This document shows positions 24,454 to 34,198 of a stretch of DNA of 64,000 bases, piece by piece. The notes below the pieces were generated by a model that had not been told where the DNA came from, did no database searches, and saw nothing but the letters and a program-made list of their open reading frames with translations. Location of the stretch: contig NC_134473.1 in the NCBI RefSeq assembly GCF_964194025.1, positions 74,524,001-74,588,000 of the forward strand, in the 5' to 3' direction. Positions within the stretch are counted from its first letter, which is position 1. Each line of letters starts with the position of its first letter. The stretch is from Convolutriloba macropyga. Taxonomy: Eukaryota. The position numbers and the translations under genes are program-made.

Positions 24454-25852
24454 ATGTATCATCCAATTTTCCAAAACTGTATTTATTTTGATCTTTTTAC
24501 AATTGAGGAATGATTTATCAGGTTTGTGCCTTTTAATCGTTTCAAGGAAAATGATTCAACAAGAGTAACTGACGGCCTCAGATCTTGAACGTGTTTTCCT
24601 CCCGAATGCACGTACCATAAGCACAAGCATATCGGGTGGGGAATCACAGAAAACCGTCGTGAAAGATAAGACAAATTTTGGTTCGAACTGAGCGCGTGTA
24701 ATACCTTTTTTCATAATTAAACACAAAAACACTGTTTTGATGCAGGAAAATTGTTTTGATGTCCTTAGCAATAATTTATTTACCGAAATTTTTTGATTCA
24801 ATGCACAATTTTAAAATTTTTAATTGTGTTGAACATGCTGTGAACATGAGTACTAAGTGCATCTGGCGGTCGCATCTTTATGATTCATCTATTTCTTTAT
24901 ATCAGAAAATATGACTATAGGTACTCCTACTACTAAGAAGCATTCATTTTGAAACTTTTCTCTCGCATTTTATGCAAAATGCTCTTTCTGTGTCAGTGAT
25001 GTTGATTCACTGCTCAAGTGACTTTCACTGAGTTTAGGAATCAATTTGGGATTTGAAAGTACATCTGGCTGGGCTTCTAGAAGCAGTGAGATTTTAAGTT
25101 TAAGACTCTTGTTAGTTTGGATTTTTTCCTGAACACTTTTTGTTATAATTGATCCCAAACAGATGTATCATCCAATTTTCCAAAACTTTATATATTTTGA
25201 TCTTTTTACCATTGATGAATGATTTATCAGATTTATGCCTTTTAATGGTTTCAAGGAAAAATGATTCAACAAGAGCAACTGACATGCTCAGTTCTTGGAC
25301 GTGTTTTCTCTCGAATGCACGTACCATATCCACACGCATATTGGGTGGGGAATCACAGACACCGTGCTAAAAGATTACACAAATTTAGATCTAACTCAGC
25401 GCGTGTAACACCAATTTTCATAATCAAACACAAAAACACTGTTTTGATGTCCTTAGCAATTTTTTTGCCGAACGTTTTTGATTCAATGGACAATTTTTAA
25501 ATTTTTAATTTTGTGGAACATGCTGTGAACATGAGTACTAAGTAGATCTGGCGTTTGCATCCGTATGGTTCTTCTATTTCTTGTAATCAAAAAGTATGAC
25601 TACAGGTACTGCTACTACTAAGAATCATTTATTTTGAAACTTTTCTCTCGCATTTTTTGCTGAGTGCTCCTTCTCTGTGGCAGTGATGTTGTTTTACTGT
25701 TCAAATGGCTTTCACTGAGTTTGGGAATCAATTTGGGACTTGAAAGTACAACTGATTGGGCTTCTAGACGCAGTGAGATTTTAAGTTTAAGATTCTTGTT
25801 AATTTGAATTTGTCAGTTCGGATGTTTTGCTGAACACTTATTGTTATAATTG
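24454..25852 (+). repeat. Two-copy tandem duplication, period about 708 bp
   Basis: 24454-25152 and 25162-25852 are colinear and clearly diverged; both start ATGTATCATCCAATTTTCCAAAACT. Confidence 0.85.
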
Positions 25853-26208
25853 CTCTCACAATTGTTTTGGTCCTGCTGGTCTTTTTGCCTAATTTTTTGT
25901 ACTACCAAATTTTTTGGTTTCGTGCTCAAACAGGGTATAAACAGGAAAAACTTGGATGGTATTAAGTTCTCTTAGAGCCTTACAGCTCACTAGTCTGTAA
26001 GTATGCGATTGACCGAGAATATTTAGAAGACATGAATTCATGGTAGGAAATGTGGTTCTCAGCGTTTGACCCCCAATTCTTACCCAACCCCTCTTATACT
26101 CACACACGCCCTTCAATTAAGCTAAAAGTACCTCCCTAAGCCACAGCTAACTACTGACAAAGCCATCAGCTCACCAGTCGTTTAGAGCAATTTGCCCGAC
26201 ATTTGTCT
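25848..26208 (+). mobile_element. Helentron-like element, family B
   Basis: AATTGCTCTC ... AGAGCAATTTGCCCGAC; the interior is homologous to 30753-31200. Confidence 0.6.
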
Positions 26209-26443
26209 GTTTTTTTTGTTTTTGGGGAAATTCAACAATTTATTTTACGCTAAATGTTTTTTACAAAGTTTTTTGAGAGGCGTCGATTTTCAATTTAGAT
26301 CTGTATCTGTTTCTATCTCTATTATATGGCACGCAGGTCTATTCTTTCGCAGCTATACCGGCAATCTGCCGGCTATGTTTATATTTTTATAGCTGCGAAG
26401 CTGTAAGCTGAGCGAAGCTATATTGCTGTGCTCTTGGTTTTTG

Positions 26444-27726
26444 ACAATTCAAAGAATTTGAATTGTATTGGGGCGCTGTCTTTTTACGACTCGAAGAGGA
26501 GTATTGGAGAAGTCCTTTTTTTAATCAATTTTATTGGACTGATTTTTGAAGCGGGAAATGAAACGCGTGAAGATTTGGAGTGATTTTTGCGCTGAATAAA
26601 ATTGAAAAGCGGAGCGAAAAGAGAGTGGTTTTTGTTCATACCGCTGTTTTTTGAGAGAGCGAGAAATTGATGTGTGAAAAATTTTCTCTAAGCGAGCGAA
26701 ATTTTTTGTTCACGTGCGGCTTTTAAATGCAGTTTTTGATGGATATGAGGTTTGATTATGATATTGTATTAGTTTTAGGCTTGTTTCGATAGGAGTTGAA
26801 GGTTTCAAGTAGTTAATTTGAGTTATGCTGATTTGGAGGTTTTTGATCAGTTTTGCTGATTTTTAGACCCAATTTAATGATTTTTTGTCTTTTTTTGTTT
26901 TAATGCTTTAAGTGGGATTTGAATAGAAGCTTGTTACTTAAAGAATATTCAGATACCAATTAATAAGGTTTTCTTGGTTTAAATCATTCTTTTCTTAGGA
27001 AAATTGACAGGAGATTGAGAAATTTTAAACCATTTTTCTTATTTTTTTTTGCAGTTTTCCTTTTTTTAGCCTTAGACAAGTTTCATAGCCTAATATGACT
27101 TGCCCATTGTTTTGCGAGCTTTTCATTGCTCTAATTGCAAAGGAACTTTATTCGGCTTTATGTTTCCTTGTTCTATTAAAAAAGTCATTAAATTTTTCTA
27201 GTTTTTTTTTTCAGTTTGTTTTTGGTTTTTGAATGCCGTTTCTATTTTTCTTTAAATTTTTTATGGCCTTTATGGAGGTTCAGGGTTCACAATAGTTGTT
27301 GTTGTTGTTTAGTCATAAACATGGACAATTTTGTCATTCGAGTCGTTTCCGGAATTCTTCCGGCTATGTTTTTTTAAAGATCTGTTCACACATTTTCATG
27401 ATTTCTGAAGTCAAATTGGAGTAGTGATTTTGGTCACGCCGAAACAGGAAGTGGAGCGAAAACGCGAGTAGTTTTGCGGCGTGAATTTTTACGCTCTAAT
27501 TTTAAAGTAGAGTGAGAAAAAGGTGTTTGAACAATTTTTCGCTTTCTCGCTAGTGATTTTTTTTCACATGCGGCAGTTTCACTTTGGTTTTTACTGTTTT
27601 TCGATTTTTTGGTTCGGATTTTTTTCTTTATGGTTTTCCAATCCATTCATAGTCCGTTCTAGGTCTACTTTTCTGTTTATTCAATGAAAAATCTTTGAAT
27701 TGTACGTCAGGACTTGTCCTGCTATG
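26444..27726 (+). mobile_element. Helentron-like element, family H, nested in C
   Basis: 5' ACAATTCAAAGA; 3' TCTTTGAATTGT (27692-27703), hairpin CAGGAC-TT-GTCCTG, then CTATG-TTT. Confidence 0.75.
26486..27368 (+). mobile_element. Helentron-like element, family G, nested in H
   Basis: 5' ACGACTCGAA; 3' TTCGAGTCGT (27337-27346), hairpin CCGGAA-TTC-TTCCGG, then CTATG-TTT. Confidence 0.75.
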
Positions 27727-28309
27727 TTTTTTTGTTTCGTCGTCTGACGCTCTTTTTTCGTTTTAAATTTGTGCACAGAGCAAAGCTGAAAAAGTCTTTT
27801 TGAATGACTTCTTTCTCTCACTAACGGCATTTGCGCGCGTGACGTCATTTGTCACTCGCTTTAGCAAAAGTTTTTAGGTTATTTGCGTGATTAGATTTTG
27901 ATCAAACGTGACTTACCTCACTCAATAAAATGACTTTTGCACTTTAAAACTTAAGTTTAGTTTGAATTTGTTTGAGGTCAAAGGAACTCATTTGTGCAGT
28001 AAAGGTCCCTAATAAGAAGCTTCTGCGGAATGAATTTTAACAAGCTTTATTAGTTTATCGCTGAATGTTTTTTACCTATTTTTTTGAGCGGCGTCGATTT
28101 TTTTTCTATCTGTTTCTATCTCTATTATATGGCACGCAGGTCTATTCTTCGCAGCTATTCCGGCAATCTGCCGGCTACGTTTAAATTTTTATAAAATGTG
28201 TCAAAGAAAGCAATTAATTCATTGCAGACGAAAACAAGTAATGTCACTAGTTACAAAAAATGTACATCATTAATTTAAAAGGTGTTTTCTGATTGTTTTA
28301 GATTTGAAT

Positions 28310-29356
28310 ATGGACCTGGATGATGATTTTGAGGAACTGGAACCAAGTTTGAAAAATATTGTTGAAAGTAAGACGCTCAAGTGGATTTTCGTGGGCGGAA
28401 AAGGCGGAGTGGGGAAGACAACGTGCAGTTGTTCACTTGCAACCCAGCTGTCACTAGTGCGAGAGAATGTGCTGATAATATCAACGGATCCAGCTCATAA
28501 CATATCCGATACGTTTGATCAGAAATTCACTAAATCTCCTACTCTGGTTAATGGCTTTACAAACCTATATGCTATGGAGATTGACCCTAATCTGGGATTA
28601 AACGACCTCCCGGATGATTTTTTCGACGAGAAAGACGTAATGAGAACTGGGCGAAAAATGATCCAAGAAATGTTTGCGTCGTTTCCTGGAATTGATGAGG
28701 CTATGAGTTATGCGGAAGTCATGAAATTAGTTCAAGGAATGAATTTCGATGTTGTAGTTTTTGATACAGCCCCAACGGGTCACACATTACGCTTACTCTC
28801 TTTTCCGGCTGTGATTGAGAAAACTTTAGGAAAATTTCTGGCAGTGAAGAATCAGTTTGCACCGCTAATTAGCTCATTTGGAAGCATGTTTGGGGAAGAT
28901 TTTTCGCCCGAAGAAATGACAGGAAGGCTGGAAGGAATCTTACCTCTGATGAAAAACGTGAACCAACAGTTCAGAAATGCTGATCAAACTACATTTGTAT
29001 GTGTTTGTATTGCAGAGTTTTTGTCAGTATACGAGAACGAGAGGTTGATCCAAGAACTGACGAAACAAGGAATCGATACGCACAACATAATTGTAAATCA
29101 ACTGCTAATGCTTGATACAAATGGTACTCAAATTTGCGACGGATCTAATGACTCTGCAAAACTTGAGAAACCATGCCGAATGTGCGCTGCTAGAGTTCGA
29201 CAGCAGAAGAAGTACTTAGATCAGATATCGGACTTGTATGATGGTGATTTCCATGTGGTCAAATTACCTTTACTTGATCACGAAGTAAGAGGCGTGAACA
29301 AAGTGAAGGAGTTTTCAAAGAACTTGATAGTACCCTATACCCCCAAAACAACTTGA
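28310..29356 (+). CDS. ASNA1: ATPase ASNA1/GET3/TRC40 (tail-anchored protein insertion)
   Basis: First ATG at 28310. [50 protein letters not shown] and CRMC motifs; uninterrupted ORF. Confidence 0.97.
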   Translation: MDLDDDFEELEPSLKNIVESKTLKWIFVGGKGGVGKTTCSCSLATQLSLVRENVLIISTDPAHNISDTFDQKFTKSPTLVNGFTNLYAMEIDPNLGLNDLPDDFFDEKDVMRTGRKMIQEMFASFPGIDEAMSYAEVMKLVQGMNFDVVVFDTAPTGHTLRLLSFPAVIEKTLGKFLAVKNQFAPLISSFGSMFGEDFSPEEMTGRLEGILPLMKNVNQQFRNADQTTFVCVCIAEFLSVYENERLIQELTKQGIDTHNIIVNQLLMLDTNGTQICDGSNDSAKLEKPCRMCAARVRQQKKYLDQISDLYDGDFHVVKLPLLDHEVRGVNKVKEFSKNLIVPYTPKTT

Positions 29357-29555
29357 TCTCTGTAGACACAAAATGATGGAAAATTGGTGTTTAAATTTAG
29401 GACTATGATCGGATAGTTGGTGAATATGTTCAAGTGTTGTTACCTTATAAGCTCTGTAAATTATTTATTTCCTTAGTTGGTGCAAAGTTGATTGCTTTAC
29501 CTAATTTGAATGTTAATTGAAAATTTCATTTCAGCGCTTTCATTTTGTTCTTGAT

Positions 29556-29945
29556 AATTGCTCGCGAACGAAGTTTGAAGCAATTATTGTAAACGTTTTG
29601 GTCTTTTTTTAATGCAAAATTTTCGCTTGACCAATTTTGCGCTTTGTTCTAGAACATTCAGTGACATCTCAAGTGACTTCTTGAAGCTTCACTTCTTCAT
29701 TTTCAGTGATCAATTGCTTGCATTGTGAAATAAAATTTGTTGCTAGAATAAAAGTGATTGTTAGCGGAGGATTAAAAACGTTGTTGTTGCCTGGTGGTTA
29801 AGATGCGTGACTGCTTTCCTGTAGATCGATGGTTCGAACCCCTTTCAGGTTCTTTTTTGGGCACCCAAAAAATTTCTGAGCTACACCCTTAAATTAAATT
29901 GCTCCCATCGTGACGTTCGAGAGCAATTCATCTGACGTTGATCGG
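29556..29945 (+). mobile_element. Helentron-like element, family B variant, containing a tRNA-like module
   Basis: 5' AATTGCTCGCGAAC..AGCAATTATTG; 3' GTTCGAGAGCAATT. Confidence 0.6.
29780..29858 (+). other. tRNA-derived sequence (A box, B box, oligo-T); not an intact tRNA
   Basis: TGCCTGGTGGTTAAG ... GGTTCGAACCC ... TTTTTT; the acceptor stem does not pair. Confidence 0.55.
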
Positions 29946-30288
29946 TTTATGGTTACACGGCGTACAGTTGTCCTATGTGTTAGCAATTATTTCTCGGGAG
30001 GCTCGAAATAGAATGAAAAACAATAGGAGAGAAGAAAAGAGCACAAAACATTCAACTTCATAAATGTGCGGCTGCGGGAGTGTTTAAACTTTGTATATGC
30101 AACTCTATCTTTGGGGGTGGAATTTTGTCAGTGGAATTTTTTTAAATCAAGGTATGTTATATGCTCTTTGGGTGGAGATATGAAGTGGTATCAGAAGTCT
30201 CCTAGAAATTTTATCGATCAGTGGAGTGATTTTTTGGGAAAAAAACCCGTACCACGCAATATGAAATACATACTGTTTTCGCTTTTTT

Positions 30289-30743
30289 ATAGCTGCGAAG
30301 CTGTAAGCTGAGCGTAGCTATATTGCGGTGCTCTTGGTTTTTTTTATTTAGTCGTCTGACGCTTTATTTTCGTTTTACATTTGTTCTAGAACATTCTGTC
30401 TCGTCACTGCTTAAATGGCTTTTTCGCGCTTGATTTCACGCTTTCTGCGTGACCTAAATTGCGGTTATTCAGAAACAGAATCTGTTCCTAAAACAAATTT
30501 GATTGTAAGAAAACAGATTGTATGGTCCGACAGCCGAGTGGTTAAGGCGACTGGCAGTTAATCCGGAGATCGCCGGTTCGAGACGCGACAGGGAAACTTT
30601 TTTTGCACCCAAAATGAAATAAACTTGTAAGTTTTATAGGCGGCGGCGATAACTATTATCAACTCACTTCTGTATCTTTTTCCATCTGTATTTTACGGCA
30701 CGCAAGTCTATTTCGCAGCTATTCCGGCAATCTGCCGGCTATG
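30289..30743 (+). mobile_element. Helentron-like element, family C, containing a tRNA-like module
   Basis: ATAGCTGCGAA ... TTCGCAGCTAT, CCGGCA-ATC-TGCCGG, CTATG; lies within T-runs. Confidence 0.8.
30524..30604 (+). other. tRNA-derived sequence (A box, B box, oligo-T); not an intact tRNA
   Basis: AGCCGAGTGGTTAAGGCG ... GGTTCGAGAC ... TTTTTTT; the T and acceptor stems are degenerate. Confidence 0.6.
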
Positions 30744-30752
30744 TTTTTTTTT

Positions 30753-31200
30753 AATTGTTCTCAAACAAAGTTTAAAGCAATTAAATTAGTCTTGTGGTTT
30801 TTGTATGCGCTTGGTTTTTCGCTTGACCGATTTTTTTTCTGGCCCTTTTAACATTTCGTCCTCAAAAACGAGATAAACAGGTAATGCCTGGAGGGCATAA
30901 AGTGGCTGAGCAGCTCTCGTAAAGCCTTACTAGTCTCTAAGTATGCTATTCACCAAAATTGTTTTGAAGAGACAATTTTATGGTGTGAAGGGCTGTTCTT
31001 AATCTTAAAAATTTGATCCCCTCAGTCACTCTCAATACTTCCCCTCGTTCACCCTCCTCCACCTGGAGATTTGGAATCCCTTTGGTTTTTCCCTTCTCAA
31101 ACCTACCCCTTCCTAATCTTAGCATCCCTAAGCCTCAGCTGGCTACTACCGAAGCGAGCAGCTCTCCGGTTGTTAGAGAGCAATTCGCCCGAAGTTAGTC
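30753..31200 (+). mobile_element. Helentron-like element, family B
   Basis: AATTGTTCTC..AGCAATT ... GAGAGCAATTCGCCCGAAGTTAGT; starts in the T-run that ends the preceding family C copy. Confidence 0.6.
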
Positions 31201-31234
31201 AATGTATTTATGTACTACCGATTTTTCGCCTAAC

Positions 31235-31317
31235 TGACGAACGTATAGTCTTGACAAACGCATAGTCTTGACGAACGTATAGTCTTGAAGAAACGTATAG
31301 TCTTGAACGTTTAGTCT
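31235..31317. repeat. 17-bp minisatellite, about 5 copies
   Basis: Repeated TGACGAACGTATAGTCT. Confidence 0.85.
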
Positions 31318-32168
31318 CTCTAACAGCCTTGCAGTCGCTAATGTTCCGTTTCATCAAAACTGCTCACGAGACTTAAATTCATAGTGTGAAAGGCAATTCT
31401 TGGTGTTTTTGTTCCCCTTTGTAAAAAGAGTTTCTCCTTCTCACAAAAATTGTAAAATGCAATCACGGCTCGATTTTTCCGGTTTTCCGGACACAATCAA
31501 AGTGGTATCGGGCTAATTTTGTTTTTTTATTCAAAGTAACATAATGTGATGAAAAATTAACTGCTTTTCATTGCTTTGGTTCCAGGAAATTTGAAAATTT
31601 TTTACGCATGCAAAGCTTCTAAAGGCTCATTGTAACATTTCGTCCAGATTAGATTTGCAAGACTATGAAAGTATGATTGCTTCACAATTCACAATTTCTA
31701 GTGCAGTTTCAAGATGTCAGCTGCTGCTATATAAAATATGTCTTTGTTGTGGAAAATTCAACATTCAAAAATTGAGGTTGTTTTCTAATGATAATTAGAA
31801 CGAAAGCTGATATAATTTTTAGGTAGCAAATTTGAATATTTTAGGTACTTGAAATGAACTGCTTTCTTTAATTCTGAAAACTACTATCAACAAATTGTGG
31901 AATAGTTTTGACATTGAGTTTCAACTAAACGCGTTCAAATCCTGCGTTTGAATTAAACCTAAGAGCTGAAAACATTATTTCTTAATTTTGGACGACAAAT
32001 TGGCGAAACAGTTTTTTTTATTGAGGGCTTGATATATTAAATATTTAAATTTGATCAGCCCTTAAATTTGGAGACTAAATCTAAGCTTATCTCGACAGAG
32101 AAAAATCAGTCAGGTTTCTTTTACATTCTGATAATAAGCTGCAAATAATAAAAACAGTCAAATAAACA

Positions 32169-32570
32169 TTGTTCAGACCCAACTTGGTGGGGGAGGAGCT
32201 ATTTACTGACTTTGTTTTTTTGTTCCGTCATTTTTCGGTTCCATTTATATAAAATTTATTTGATTGGTTATTGTTTTATGATTTTAATGGCTTGGACGCC
32301 GGTATATAGCAATTTTTTCTTGTCGTTTTTTGTTGGCAGACTTGTCGTCTTTTTTTAGTCATAGGACATGCGCTCTGAAGCGGCTTTATTTCCTTCGTAT
32401 AATGATCTGAGGTTAAAGCGGTTTTTTAAAATTCATACCCCCTTTGTTTTACGAAAGTTTAAATTTTGAAAGTGTACTATCTCTTACTCATTTGGATGAC
32501 AACTAAGTCGGCAAATAGGATGAGCGGGGTCAGAACATTGTGCAAACGCACATTACCGAGCCTTCTTGTT
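32169..32570 (+). mobile_element. Short family A Helentron-like element
   Basis: TTGTTCAGACCC ... GGGGTCAGAACA, TGTGC-AAAC-GCACA, CTTGTT. Both inverted repeats carry the same compensated variant (CAGAC/GTCAG region differs from other copies). Confidence 0.65.
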
Positions 32571-33998
32571 TCCTTTTGAGGATTGCTTAAATTCTGACTT
32601 GATATGACAAAAAAATTAGTTAAATCAGGGATCATGAGCAAACGAGAGCTGAATAAAAACGGCTCTGATAATCATACTTTTATGTTTGCCCATCGTTTCC
32701 AGATTTCAAACTATCATTTTTAAATTTTTCATATTTTTGAAATCCCTGTTAGTTGTGACTTGTTGTGACTTATGGTACAATGGGTAGTCGGTTTGTTAAT
32801 ATATTATTTTATTTAAGATAAAATCTAAAATGGCTGAATTGGTTCCTGCAACTAAGAATTTGAAGCGGCAATGTAAGGTTAAGGTATTTGATGATGTAAC
32901 TTCGAATGTTAACGATTGTGTTACTTCTATGCTGACATCTTTTTGTCCTGTAGTTATGTCCCTATATTATAAGATGCAAAGTAGGTGACTGAAATTTTAT
33001 CCATATTGCAATCAGTTTCCTGATATCTTCTCATCTAATTTTTTTAAAAATTTTACTCAAGTCAAATTATAGTTAATTGAAAGTACAAAAGACGGTGATC
33101 TTGTCTTGAGTCCGTAAAACGATACTGATGAAGAACCCTAATTTGCTGAGTTGTCTTGTTTGCGTTTTAGTTTTGTCGTAGTCAAGCAGTTTGTACAGTA
33201 CATCTAAACCCAAAGTGTAATATTGGTAATGTTGTTTGTTTTGTAAACCTTTGATTTTACACCATTAGCTTCAAAATTGAGGCAACTGTTTATATTTCAC
33301 AGATTTGACTAAGAGCCAATTTCTTAATAGGAAACGTATGGGTAAAAGCAGCTGATTTTGCTTGGCAGAGAATACCCTGATTTCATTCACTTAAATTTGC
33401 GCAATATAATACCAGCCTAGACAAAAATTTTTTTTGGTGATACCTGAAATGTTTTGTCCTTTGTTTGTTCCTCTTTCAAAGGAACACTGCAGTAGTGGGG
33501 AAAAGGGGCCCCGTGCACAGCACCCCCCCCTATTTCACCCCTAAAAATACCCCACCTGTTTTTTTTGCCCTAATCGGACCAATTTTTTTCATATTAGAAA
33601 AAAATGGTATTTTCAAGCACTTTTCGACTCGTATTCACACTTCGTGCGAATACTCGTCTCAAATTTTTTTTTTTAACACTGTTTAATTTAGAGTACAAAT
33701 CCAATTCAAATCTTTATCAGCGAATTAATCTTTATCAGTGAATTTACCAATCACGCTTTTCCCTCTTAAATATCTAAATTTTACAAACTGTATAAAAATA
33801 GTATTTACACTTCATTCGAATATTCGACTCAAAATGCTTTTCAACATTACCCTAGAACATAGTTCAAATCTTAATCAATAACCGCATCGCAGATATTATA
33901 TTTATAAATGTGTTCTCTAAATTGATTTCTAGTATGACCGAATCTATATCTATGAAGGTAAATACACAACTTACATTTTGCATTTCTAAATCTAAAGA

Positions 33999-34198
33999 NN
34001 NNNNNNNNNNNNNNNNNNNNNNNNNNNNNNNNNNNNNNNNNNNNNNNNNNNNNNNNNNNNNNNNNNNNNNNNNNNNNNNNNNNNNNNNNNNNNNNNNNNN
34101 NNNNNNNNNNNNNNNNNNNNNNNNNNNNNNNNNNNNNNNNNNNNNNNNNNNNNNNNNNNNNNNNNNNNNNNNNNNNNNNNNNNNNNNNNNNNNNNNNN
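33999..34198. other. Assembly gap (200 N)
   Basis: Run of N. Confidence 0.99.

Larger units (their letters stand above)
26389..28179 (+). mobile_element. Helentron-like element, family C, hosting two nested elements
   Basis: 5' ATAGCTGCGAA; 3' TTCGCAGCTAT (28148-28158), hairpin CCGGCA-ATC-TGCCGG, then CTACG-TTT. Uninterrupted relative at 30289-30743; orphan 3' end at about 26235-26378. Confidence 0.8.

Noticed and set aside
28304-28309. ORF-track TTG start for ASNA1
   Set aside because: An in-frame ATG lies two codons later, and this is a eukaryotic gene.
30524-30596. Functional tRNA gene (GTT anticodon-like loop)
   Set aside because: Acceptor and T stems do not pair, and it lies inside a repeat.
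31235-31317. CRISPR-like short repeats
   Set aside because: Head-to-tail units with no spacers, in a eukaryotic context; a minisatellite.
33484-33998. Possible DNA transposon end (CAGTAGTGGGGAAAAGGGG...)
   Set aside because: No partner TIR in the window; truncated by the gap, so it cannot be supported.
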